25,012 nt of DNA from a virus. Lineage: Duplodnaviria; Caudoviricetes. The notes beneath the pieces are model-generated. The model made no database searches. It was not told the DNA's origin and saw only the letters and a program-made list of their open reading frames with translations. This document shows, in pieces, positions 16,631 through 24,993 of the stretch. The stretch's first letter is position 1. Every line of letters begins with the position of its first letter. The position numbers were made by a program, and so were the translations under genes. The DNA lies in IMG/VR virus record IMGVR_UViG_3300037631_002099, positions 1-25,012 of that record. One strand, 5' to 3'.

Positions 16631-17656
16631 TTAACTTGATTGTCTGTTTCTAATCATATTAAGAATGTCATCTGCTGACTTCTTGCCTGCATCTCCTTCT
16701 GCTGGAGCACTTGCAACGGGTTCAGCCGCTGGTGCTGGAGCAGGAGTTTCTACTGCTGGTGCAGTTGTTTCCGCTACTGCTGGTGCAGGTGCTGTTACAG
16801 GTGCCACACTCTCTGTTGCAGTTGCTTGTACAGTTTGAGCTGGTGCAACTGTTGATTGTGTGCTACTTCCTGTATCAAGTCCGTAGGGTTTGTAAAAGTC
16901 ACCCCACTTTGCAGGGTCATAAAGTTCCCCGTCTACACTTGCCGCAAACATTTCGGAAATTGCTTGTACTCCCTCAGCACTTGGTTTTGCTGGAAGGAAG
17001 TCGTTTAAGTTATACAAACCATGTGTATCAATTGCCGCTAAGTTTTCTTCAGTAAGAGCACTTTCTTTTCTTGCCCACTTACTTGTAGAATAGTCTGCAT
17101 ATTGACCTTTGGTTGTTTTGGATAATCTAAAATCAGTACCTGCAACATAGTCTGTTGGAAGGTTTTCCATCTCTGGGTCCATAAGTGCTGATTTGATTAT
17201 GTTAAATATTTGAGGACCAATTACAAATCTTCTAATTGGATTCTCTGGTGAAGTCTCATCTAAAGGATTTTCATTTACAAACCCTTGGAAAATGTAACTT
17301 CTTTTTTTCCAATATTTACGACCCATATCTTCTAAAGAAGGATCTTTGAACCAAGGTCTTACCTCAGTTAATATTGGACATGTCTCATTCCACATTTCCA
17401 TACAAGGAACTTGTACAGTAACTGGCCTTGCGTCTCCGCCTGCCACTCCTGGAAATGTTAGTCTGATCATTTGTCGTTCTACCCAAAAGAACGTGTTGTT
17501 TGGATCACTATCAGGCAAAAACCTCATCACTGCTGATGTGCCTTCGTCTATGTTCCAAAATGGGTATATTGCGTTATCGCCTTGAGCTTTTGAACCACCG
17601 CCTGGTTTAGATTCCATTGATTGTAGTTTTGCTCTGATTTCTGCTAAAGATGCCAT
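16631..17656 (-). CDS. gp32: Single-stranded DNA-binding protein, T4 gp32-like
   Basis: 'RFLP', 'PC.E...CPI', 'YWKKRSY', 'G.DF.L.K....YADY.TS'; Ala/Pro-rich C-terminal linker; upstream of uvsX. Confidence 0.88.
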   Translation of the reverse strand: MASLAEIRAKLQSMESKPGGGSKAQGDNAIYPFWNIDEGTSAVMRFLPDSDPNNTFFWVERQMIRLTFPGVAGGDARPVTVQVPCMEMWNETCPILTEVRPWFKDPSLEDMGRKYWKKRSYIFQGFVNENPLDETSPENPIRRFVIGPQIFNIIKSALMDPEMENLPTDYVAGTDFRLSKTTKGQYADYSTSKWARKESALTEENLAAIDTHGLYNLNDFLPAKPSAEGVQAISEMFAASVDGELYDPAKWGDFYKPYGLDTGSSTQSTVAPAQTVQATATESVAPVTAPAPAVAETTAPAVETPAPAPAAEPVASAPAEGDAGKKSADDILNMIRNRQSS

Positions 17657-17680
17657 GTTTTTCTCCTATATGCCATGTTT
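17650..17680 (-). repeat. 11-nt direct repeat AAACATGGCAT flanking the gp32 Shine-Dalgarno
   Basis: Plus-strand atgccatgttt at 17650-17660 and 17670-17680. Confidence 0.8.
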
Positions 17681-17718
17681 CGCTGTATCTTCTGTATTTA
17701 GGATACAACTGTTTTTTT

Positions 17719-17747
17719 ATTATAATGCCTCGATGCAAAAAAGTCAA
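17719..17747 (-). promoter_or_regulatory. Sigma70-type promoter for gp32-uvsX-uvsY (TTGACT-17-TATAAT)
   Basis: -35 at 17747-17742, -10 at 17724-17719. TAAATA motifs also occur at 17702-17695 and 17808-17801. Confidence 0.78.
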
Positions 17748-17762
17748 GTACTTTTTTACAAC

Positions 17763-17796
17763 TATTGGAAAATTAAATTACTTTATTCTTCCAACA
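17763..17796 (-). other. 15-bp hairpin with GUAA (GNRA) tetraloop in the gp32 upstream region
   Basis: UGUUGGAAGAAUAAA-GUAA-UUUAAUUUUCCAAUA; one A-A mismatch and two G-U pairs. Confidence 0.6.
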
Positions 17797-17822
17797 AATT
17801 TATTTATCTTTATAACGTAATA

Positions 17823-19283
17823 TTATATGATAAACTGGTCTAAAAATGCTTCATATGACTCTGTTGCTGTCATAGGAGCAGTTTGTACATTGTGCTGACC
17901 TGCACTTAGTAGACTACTTTTAATTGCACCATACTCGAATTGGCTCAGTTGTCCACCAGCATTTAGTTTACTACTAATGCTATGTAAATAGTTTCCAAGT
18001 TTTTCGTCCTTTGCATTAAACCCTAATCTACTAACTTGATGTCCAAGTTTAGCATGAGGTGTGTCAAATTCCATTAACTCGTCTTCTTTAAGTTGATCTT
18101 TAATATTTTCAAACGTTTCTTTTGCTATTGCGTTTGTAATGTAACTTTCAAAAGCATGTCTTTTACTAGCCATTACTTTTAAATTATCTAATACATTTGC
18201 AACTTTGTCATCAAAATGTGTTTCTGTAAATTTACTTTCTAAATCTAAATCGTCTTGTAATAATTCTACATTATTATAATTTGTAACTGTTTCTACTGCA
18301 TTTGCATAAGACTTAACACCACTTAATCTTTTTAAGTTTGTTTTAATATCATTAATATTTTCTACTGCTAATGTCACAAACTCTTCATTGGTTTCGTTAA
18401 CCAAGTTAGCCTTTCTTACATATCTAACAAATTCTCTAAGTTTGCCATAGTCTTTTGACATTTCTGTAATTGCTTCGCCTATTTCGTCAAAAGTTTCTCC
18501 ACCATTGTGTAGATGTCTTGCCATTGCTCTTGCGGCTTGTAAATTATTTTCTGCCATTTTAAACTTTTCTTCACCACGTTGTATTAAAATACTGTGAATA
18601 TTTCTGCTTCTAGCACCACGTACTTCTTCGTTTACATCTTTATTGTGTCTAACAATAATTTTAACATTGTCTGCTAGTGGTTGATAACTGGACTTTCTGC
18701 TACCAGTCATTTTACCTAAACTGGCTTCGTTAACAGATTTCTTATTATATTCCTTAGTACCACCAAAATAGCCATCATCCTTGGCTTCACCATCACAAGT
18801 TTTACAAGATTTAGAACTTGAAGAGTCGCCATCTTTAAAACCTGTACCTTTACAGTCTACACAATCTTCCTCTTTCTTTTCTGGTATTGCTTGTAATCCT
18901 GATAGTTTTCTAATAGTATTAATTTCTTCCATAACATCTGCCATGTCCGTCTCCGCATTTCTTTTGATATCTACTTTTTCGCCTTTAGGTTTAATTTTTT
19001 TGTCAAATATTTTGTAGTCAAAACTCATTAAATAATCTTGTGCAAGTTCTTTTAACATATCTCTTACAGGACTTTCACTTAAATCCTGACTTGTTGCTAA
19101 TAGTAATGCTTTTTCTTTAATATCTAATCTAGCAAGTAAGTTAGGTTCTGCTACAGCAAACCGTGTTGCTTCTTTTGGATTAATAACTTGATTACCGTCT
19201 TTATCAAAACTTCTTACTTCAAATCCAAAGCCTTTTAAGACATTAAAAGTTTTTTCTGCTACTGTTTCTATATTAATTGACAT
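17823..19283 (-). CDS. Hypothetical 486-aa protein, probably late/head-associated, with an internal CxxCxGxG...CxxCxG segment
   Basis: Long ORF under a TAAATA promoter; coiled-coil-like C-terminal half; function unknown. Confidence 0.75.
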   Translation of the reverse strand: MSINIETVAEKTFNVLKGFGFEVRSFDKDGNQVINPKEATRFAVAEPNLLARLDIKEKALLLATSQDLSESPVRDMLKELAQDYLMSFDYKIFDKKIKPKGEKVDIKRNAETDMADVMEEINTIRKLSGLQAIPEKKEEDCVDCKGTGFKDGDSSSSKSCKTCDGEAKDDGYFGGTKEYNKKSVNEASLGKMTGSRKSSYQPLADNVKIIVRHNKDVNEEVRGARSRNIHSILIQRGEEKFKMAENNLQAARAMARHLHNGGETFDEIGEAITEMSKDYGKLREFVRYVRKANLVNETNEEFVTLAVENINDIKTNLKRLSGVKSYANAVETVTNYNNVELLQDDLDLESKFTETHFDDKVANVLDNLKVMASKRHAFESYITNAIAKETFENIKDQLKEDELMEFDTPHAKLGHQVSRLGFNAKDEKLGNYLHSISSKLNAGGQLSQFEYGAIKSSLLSAGQHNVQTAPMTATESYEAFLDQFII

Positions 19284-19287
19284 AATA

Positions 19288-20490
19288 CTATTTATCTATT
19301 TGATTGTTTTCAAAGTAATTGTTAATGTTGTCAAGTATAGTATCTTCTTCTAGATGCAATTTAAAGGTATTGTAATTGTGTATTAAAACATCTTTCATAT
19401 CGTAAATAATATCTACCCATTGCTCATCAGAATACTCAGTCAATTCTTTGTATAACCTACATAATTCGTTCATTCGTGCTTCATTATCAGTTATGCCGTC
19501 GTATTCTTCTGACCACCATTTATCAAAAGTTTTAAATCCCTTATCTTTTAATAATTGTAAGGAGCCAGGTGTTGCACAATATACAAATGGTTTAACATTT
19601 TTAAAAGACTGAGATGCCTTTTCTGTTAAAATAACAGGTCCGTTTTCTATAAATCTTGTTTCTGTACTAAAATCAACATAGGAGTTTGTTGCAAGAGTTT
19701 GGTAACGTTCAAATGCTCCACTCCAATTACCTTCTTGTGGATTTAAATCTGTATTAAAAGGAAGTAAATGCTCAAACGGATATGTTTTTGTTGTGTACCG
19801 TCTTAATTCTTCTACAGTACAGGCAAGTGTATGATGATTACTTTTAAGTAAATTGTTTTGAAAAGCATAATTAAATAAATTTAATCTATGTTCTCTTGGT
19901 TTGTTATTAAGACATAATATTTTAAATTGTCTTTTAGTATGAGATTTAATTTGTTTAATTTTATCATCTAAAATATTAGGATTATAAGAAACCTTAGAGT
20001 AAAACAAATAATGTATAGGGATATATGTAAAGTCTAAAGAATTTATATTATAATAATATCCTAATACTATAAACCTTTCTTTACTTAAATTATATTTTTT
20101 AATTGTATTAATTAGAATCTTATGGAAAAATAAATCATTTTTTTGTGTACTACTTACATCAGGTAGTAAATCATCTATAATTGTATCTATAACAATATTG
20201 TAATTGCTATCATTAACAATATGATCGGGTATTGTAAAATAAAAATTTTCTGTTACTATGTTCTCTATGATAAGTTCATTACTAAATTGTATGTGATAAA
20301 TTAACTTGTCTATGTTTTTGAAAAAATCATATCTATTAAATATACCACTCTCAATAGCATATTTTTTATAAGAGTCTTCTGAAGTAAATGCTAATGGAAG
20401 ATGTTTATGCCTATATGTTTTAATAATGTCTTCTTGGGAATATCCGTTAGGAATAGTTATATCTTTTCCTTTAAAGTTAAAAGTTGCCAT
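19288..20490 (-). CDS. Hypothetical 'TEK-motif' protein, glycosyltransferase-like
   Basis: 'LCLNNKPREHR', 'FSTET...LTEKA...F....PF.....G.L..LK..GFKTFD.WW.E.YD'; TAATG overlap with terL. Confidence 0.6.
   Translation of the reverse strand: MATFNFKGKDITIPNGYSQEDIIKTYRHKHLPLAFTSEDSYKKYAIESGIFNRYDFFKNIDKLIYHIQFSNELIIENIVTENFYFTIPDHIVNDSNYNIVIDTIIDDLLPDVSSTQKNDLFFHKILINTIKKYNLSKERFIVLGYYYNINSLDFTYIPIHYLFYSKVSYNPNILDDKIKQIKSHTKRQFKILCLNNKPREHRLNLFNYAFQNNLLKSNHHTLACTVEELRRYTTKTYPFEHLLPFNTDLNPQEGNWSGAFERYQTLATNSYVDFSTETRFIENGPVILTEKASQSFKNVKPFVYCATPGSLQLLKDKGFKTFDKWWSEEYDGITDNEARMNELCRLYKELTEYSDEQWVDIIYDMKDVLIHNYNTFKLHLEEDTILDNINNYFENNQIDK
19289..19296 (-). promoter_or_regulatory. T4-late-like promoter GATAAATA, 5 nt before ATG 19283
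   Basis: GATAAATA-gtatt-ATG; no SD present. Confidence 0.7.
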
Positions 20491-22073
20491 TAGATAAGTG
20501 GCATAGGTTGATCCCAGTCGTCGTCATCATCTGAATTAAAGTCGTCCCAACCAAGACCACTATTTACAGCATTGTAAACATCATCTTCAAAGGTGCTTAT
20601 AAAATCTATCATTCTAAGTCCTAAAGTAAGACTCATAACTAAATCGTCTGATTGTCCAGGCTTTGCTTTAAAGGTATTTGCTGTGGATACAAAGTTTTTT
20701 AACTCACTCATTAACATTTTACTGCCTAGTTTTATCTTATCATGTTCTATTAATCGTTTAAGATTTAAACAAGACTCTATCTTTGTTTTATGTGTTGTAT
20801 AATAACCTCTGCGACCTTTCTTTCCTTGTACTTTCTTTGGTTCATGTAGCATTTCTCCAGGGAAATTTTCCTCCCCAGTATCTCTAATTACTACTAATGC
20901 CGCCTCTCCAATAGCATTGTTTTCCACACTCCAATAAATTTGTGGTGCACCTTGGTCTTTTATATATTGCATTACTTCCATACAGACCTTTATCTGCCCT
21001 TCTATAGGAGTTTTATTGTGGCACCACTCTGCTACTTGTACCATACTAGGAAGTTCCATAACCTGTATTGCGGCATTGTCTCCGCCTGTACCAGTACTTG
21101 GATCTAGTGATAATACATAAATTCCCTCTGGTGTTGGATGTTTATACCATCTGACTTGTCCACTTTTAAGTATAGGTTCTTTACCATTCATTTCTAATAA
21201 CTTTAATGGATCTATTAATGTTTCATCATATATTACAAATTCACATTCGTGTTCACGTTTAAAACGTTCTTCGCCAATTCTTCCTCTTTCTTCTGTTGCC
21301 CATATGGCATCTCTATCTGGGTGCTGGTCCCAGATTGCTAACATAGGCTTAAATCCATTTACACCTACATCTTGCTCATTACCATGTTCATCAAAAAGTT
21401 TATTTGCTTGATTCCATATCATAGCAAATGTGTCTTCATCACTATTAGGTGTTGATGTAATAATACATTTACCACCAGTTGCCAATGTAGGCGATAAAGA
21501 AGTCCAGAATTCACTCGCAATTCGTTGTGGTACAAATGCAAACTCATCTAAGTATACTAATGTAAGTGACATACCCCTACCAGTATTTTCTGTTGTTGTA
21601 CTTGCTACTATTCTACTTCCATTATCAAACGACATAGAACCTTTATTGTATTCTGTTACACCGGCTCTAATATGATCTGGTACACTTTCGTATGCGTATC
21701 TAATACGTTGCATAATTTCCTGAGCACCTGCTTGTTTGTGAGCCGCAACTAATATTGTACTATCAGGCTTAAACATAGCATACCACAGCAAGTATCCTGC
21801 GGCTACAGTAGTTTTACCCATCTGTCTACCCAGCATGTTTATACTGTATCTGTAATTATTATAGTTTTCTATTAGATCTAACTGATATTTAAAAGGGTCA
21901 AAATCTATACCACCTTTTGTAGGATGTTGTATTTTTACATGATTAGTCATAAAATACAGAGGGCCACCCACAGGATCTGCACAATTTTTGAAATCTTGAA
22001 TAGTATCTGGGGTATATGCGACCTTGCTATAGCCTTGTTTAACCAGACTGGTATCTGCTGTTCCTCGTGCCAT
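20490..22073 (-). CDS. terL: Terminase large subunit, T4 gp17-like
   Basis: 'YQ' motif, Walker A 'GRQMGKTT', Walker B 'VYLDEFAF', 'ITSTP', 'F.REH.C.F', nuclease 'SLDPSTG' and 'DDLVMS'. Confidence 0.95.
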   Translation of the reverse strand: MARGTADTSLVKQGYSKVAYTPDTIQDFKNCADPVGGPLYFMTNHVKIQHPTKGGIDFDPFKYQLDLIENYNNYRYSINMLGRQMGKTTVAAGYLLWYAMFKPDSTILVAAHKQAGAQEIMQRIRYAYESVPDHIRAGVTEYNKGSMSFDNGSRIVASTTTENTGRGMSLTLVYLDEFAFVPQRIASEFWTSLSPTLATGGKCIITSTPNSDEDTFAMIWNQANKLFDEHGNEQDVGVNGFKPMLAIWDQHPDRDAIWATEERGRIGEERFKREHECEFVIYDETLIDPLKLLEMNGKEPILKSGQVRWYKHPTPEGIYVLSLDPSTGTGGDNAAIQVMELPSMVQVAEWCHNKTPIEGQIKVCMEVMQYIKDQGAPQIYWSVENNAIGEAALVVIRDTGEENFPGEMLHEPKKVQGKKGRRGYYTTHKTKIESCLNLKRLIEHDKIKLGSKMLMSELKNFVSTANTFKAKPGQSDDLVMSLTLGLRMIDFISTFEDDVYNAVNSGLGWDDFNSDDDDDWDQPMPLI

Positions 22074-22078
22074 ATTAC

Positions 22079-22086
22079 TATTTATA
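22079..22086 (-). promoter_or_regulatory. T4 late promoter consensus TATAAATA, 5 nt before the terL ATG
   Basis: TATAAATA-gtaat-ATG; exact T4 gp55 consensus. Confidence 0.75.
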
Positions 22087-22957
22087 CAGTAATTATACTT
22101 GGATTTGGTTTTTTGTGTAGATTATGTTTTAATATCCAGTCATATAGATGTTGAGCTATAGCCATATGCCCTAATTTATCAGGATGTACTGTATATTCTT
22201 CAATAGAATATTTTTTAGAGATGGCTTTACCTGAAAAGGCACTTAAAGGAATAACTCTTTTATCTTTTGTTAATGATCTTAAAGTTTGATCTATGAAGGG
22301 TTTTTCTGGAGCATCATCAGATACAGCGGCAGAATATATTAAAAAAGGAATATTTCGTTTGATTAAAAAATTTTTTATTAGGGAAAGATTTTTATACATA
22401 TATTCTAAATGCTCTACATAATTTGTAAATCGTGTGAGAAGCCATTGTGTTGCAAATTCCTTAACTTTTTTTACATCATCCGCATCAATATGTTCTTCAG
22501 GTACACTTACAAACAAAGGTTCTTGTATGTCTAGATAATCAGTACTTTTCCTAACGTAAGAAATCATATATCCAAAGCCACCTGTTTCGTTATTATTAAC
22601 TTCTGTTCCTTTTGCCATAACAACAGGAGTAATATCTTGATTTTTAAATATACCGTCTCTTGCCTTAACTGTTCCTATACTTCTATATGTAATATAAGAA
22701 TACTCTGCGACAACAAACAGTCTATCAAATGTTTTGAATTTATTATAATACTGATTACAGAAATTTTGTATATCGAATACTTGCATGTCGCAAGGTTTGG
22801 CAACTAAGGAATGATTCCATAAATTATTACAATTAGTTAAATTTGCAAATTCATCTACCCAAGAATAGGTATCTGTTGTTTTAAATAGACTTCTTTCGTG
22901 ACCTTTACCCCATCCTGAGGCATAACTTGTTCCGTCTACATATAGATCGGTAAACAT
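22082..22957 (-). CDS. SGNH/GDSL-hydrolase-like protein
   Basis: Block I-like 'LYVDGTSYASG' and block V-like 'HPDKLGHMAIAQHL'. Confidence 0.6.
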   Translation of the reverse strand: MFTDLYVDGTSYASGWGKGHERSLFKTTDTYSWVDEFANLTNCNNLWNHSLVAKPCDMQVFDIQNFCNQYYNKFKTFDRLFVVAEYSYITYRSIGTVKARDGIFKNQDITPVVMAKGTEVNNNETGGFGYMISYVRKSTDYLDIQEPLFVSVPEEHIDADDVKKVKEFATQWLLTRFTNYVEHLEYMYKNLSLIKNFLIKRNIPFLIYSAAVSDDAPEKPFIDQTLRSLTKDKRVIPLSAFSGKAISKKYSIEEYTVHPDKLGHMAIAQHLYDWILKHNLHKKPNPSIITV

Positions 22958-22961
22958 GAAT

Positions 22962-24224
22962 TTATGAAAGTCGTTTTGCTAATTTATCTTTGATGTAGTT
23001 TACTAAAACTTCTTTATCTGTTGAGTATGAAGCGTCTGCATCGCTAGTGCCACATGGTGATTCTTCATCACTATCAGGCTCTACTACTTGTACTTCAGGT
23101 TCATCATGTGCTTCTGGTTCGTCGTCTGCTTCTGGTTCATCTTTATACATGTCTTGTGGTAAAGTAAGTCCTGCCATTTTAAGTACTTTTGCAAGTTCTT
23201 GCATATCATCGCCACTTGCTTCTATACTTACAGAACCTTTATCAGTATTTTTATGTTGCTTAAATTCTACTGAACCTTCAACATGTTCAGGGGAATCTGC
23301 ATCACCATAAGCATCACTCATTGCTTCTGAAAGTCCTGCTAACATTTTTAATTCGTCTAAATTAATTGCTTCTATTTCCATACCTTCTTCTATATCTGCT
23401 AGTTTGACTTTTACTACTTTTCCATCATCTGTTTGAACAATAGCCTCATCATCTGCTTTAGGCATAGTAGAATTAATAACTCTAACTTGTCCTAAATCTT
23501 TATGTGTTTTTTGCTGTCCTACATCTTCAGGACCTTGATCAGGTTGATCAGGTTGTTGTGGTTCTTGTGGTTCTACTTCTGGTTCTACATCTTGTGCAAA
23601 TTTTTCTTTATGTCTTGATATACTATCAACTGCATCTGAACCAGTTAAACTATCTAGAACAGGTTTAATGAACTGAAAAAACGGTTGTGCATGTGAAGGT
23701 GGAATTCCTTCTCCTTTCTTCATCATACCGTAAGCCATCATTACCTTTTGTGTTAATGCAGTATCATCTCCTACCATTTTTTGCACAGCCTCTCTAGACA
23801 GTTCTTCTTCTATAGATTCTATTTGTCCGGAAGCAATTTCGTTAGGCCCTGGTATTTTACCACCATCAGGATCATTAATGCCCATATCTGATCTTGTTTT
23901 ACCTTGTCTTTGCCATGCAGGTACATCAAGATCTTTTTGCATTGATGCTTGTTTATCGGCTACTACTTTACTTGATATTTTATTCAACTGTATTAACTTA
24001 GGTAAATGTCCTGCTTGAATCATTGGGTCTAAAAGACCTAGTAATATTTCTATTTGTTCTGATTCTGCGGCTGGTAGTGCCTTACCTTGCTGTAAATGAG
24101 TTCTAGCACTTTGTAATCTACTAGTAATTAGGCCAGCCATTTCTGCTCCGCCTAATGTTCTAATTCTACTTATATCAGTAGTCTTCATTACTGGTTCAGC
24201 CTCTATAATTTTCTTATCTGACAT
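22962..24224 (-). CDS. Hypothetical acidic, low-complexity protein, probably an internal head/scaffold-type protein
   Basis: 420 aa; repeated 'LKMLAGL'/'LKMAGL'; P/E/D/Q-rich linkers; located in the late cluster near terL. Confidence 0.6.
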   Translation of the reverse strand: MSDKKIIEAEPVMKTTDISRIRTLGGAEMAGLITSRLQSARTHLQQGKALPAAESEQIEILLGLLDPMIQAGHLPKLIQLNKISSKVVADKQASMQKDLDVPAWQRQGKTRSDMGINDPDGGKIPGPNEIASGQIESIEEELSREAVQKMVGDDTALTQKVMMAYGMMKKGEGIPPSHAQPFFQFIKPVLDSLTGSDAVDSISRHKEKFAQDVEPEVEPQEPQQPDQPDQGPEDVGQQKTHKDLGQVRVINSTMPKADDEAIVQTDDGKVVKVKLADIEEGMEIEAINLDELKMLAGLSEAMSDAYGDADSPEHVEGSVEFKQHKNTDKGSVSIEASGDDMQELAKVLKMAGLTLPQDMYKDEPEADDEPEAHDEPEVQVVEPDSDEESPCGTSDADASYSTDKEVLVNYIKDKLAKRLS

Positions 24225-24226
24225 TG

Positions 24227-24922
24227 TTACGACCTCTTACTACTTTGAGAAATAACATCAACAGTTTTACTTGATTCTGTACCTCTACCCATATTCGGTA
24301 ATCCGTGTATTTGAGCACCTAGTTCTGCTAAGTCATCGCCCATTAATTCGTCTTTACTAGGATAGTTACGGAAATAGTCTGCGCCTTTCTCTGCTTTAAT
24401 TTTTGCTAATTCCTCTAAAAACTTTTTATTATATTCTTCACCAAAGAAGTTTGCTTTAAAATCAACATCTGCATTTTCATTTTCGTAATGTTCCATACTT
24501 TCATCGTTGAGTAGTGCATCTTCTTCTGAAACTTGTCTGTCTACATCTTCTTTTGCTCTAAGTTCTGCCATTTCAGATTCTATTCTTCTAGGATCTTTAA
24601 CACCATAAGCAAGGACTCTTTCGTGATCCATACCTAAATTAACAGCCAACCATACTTCTAATATTCTTTCGTTGACTGGGTACTTTAAAATAATATCTGT
24701 ACTACATACCTCTGATGTACATTGTGTACCTTTTGCTCTATAAAATTCTTTTGGATTCTCTTCTATAGGTGTTCTTTTAAATGGTGTAGCACTGACAAGG
24801 TTATATTTGTCTAGACATTTTTCTAACATGTCCATTTGTTCAGAACCACAATCAGCGGCAAACTTTACTCTGTAGCCGTACTCTTTGTTGAATGATTCTG
24901 TTATATAGTCTTTAAGTTTCAT
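24227..24922 (-). CDS. Hypothetical late protein (231 aa)
   Basis: GGAG SD; GATAAATA upstream; N-terminus 'MKLKDYITES' resembles T4-type head proteins cleaved at I/L-x-E. Confidence 0.7.
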   Translation of the reverse strand: MKLKDYITESFNKEYGYRVKFAADCGSEQMDMLEKCLDKYNLVSATPFKRTPIEENPKEFYRAKGTQCTSEVCSTDIILKYPVNERILEVWLAVNLGMDHERVLAYGVKDPRRIESEMAELRAKEDVDRQVSEEDALLNDESMEHYENENADVDFKANFFGEEYNKKFLEELAKIKAEKGADYFRNYPSKDELMGDDLAELGAQIHGLPNMGRGTESSKTVDVISQSSKRS

Positions 24923-24955
24923 ATTTAAACTCCGTTTAAACTTCGTTGTTACACT

Positions 24956-24988
24956 TATTTATCAGAATACAGATATTTTTGCTAAATA
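24956..24988. promoter_or_regulatory. Back-to-back late-like promoters: GATAAATA (minus, 24963-24956) and GCTAAATA (plus, 24981-24988)
   Basis: Same divergent TAAATA architecture as 2086-2110. Confidence 0.6.
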
Positions 24989-24993
24989 ATTGC

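Noticed and set aside
20490-22073. Intein or intron in terminase (also checked UvsW, UvsX, primase)
   Set aside because: Lengths and motif spacing are normal; no Hint or homing-endonuclease insert seen.
5500-23310. Plus-strand ORFs in the track (e.g. 5500, 6812, 7482, 9354, 9744, 11513, 12902, 14843, 15999, 16711, 17346, 17655, 18781, 20593, 21430, 21924, 23047) and minus 8297-8494
   Set aside because: Antisense or out-of-frame shadows of well-supported genes or regulatory DNA, with no motifs or RBS.
23085-23590. Short tandem repeats in the 420-aa gene (PDQPDQ, DEPEADDEPEAHDEPE)
   Set aside because: Ordinary coding low-complexity linkers.
24924-24940. TTTAAAC-GGA-GTTTAAA palindrome over the SD of the 231-aa gene
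   Set aside because: AT-rich 7-bp stem with a 3-nt loop; too weak to claim as regulatory.
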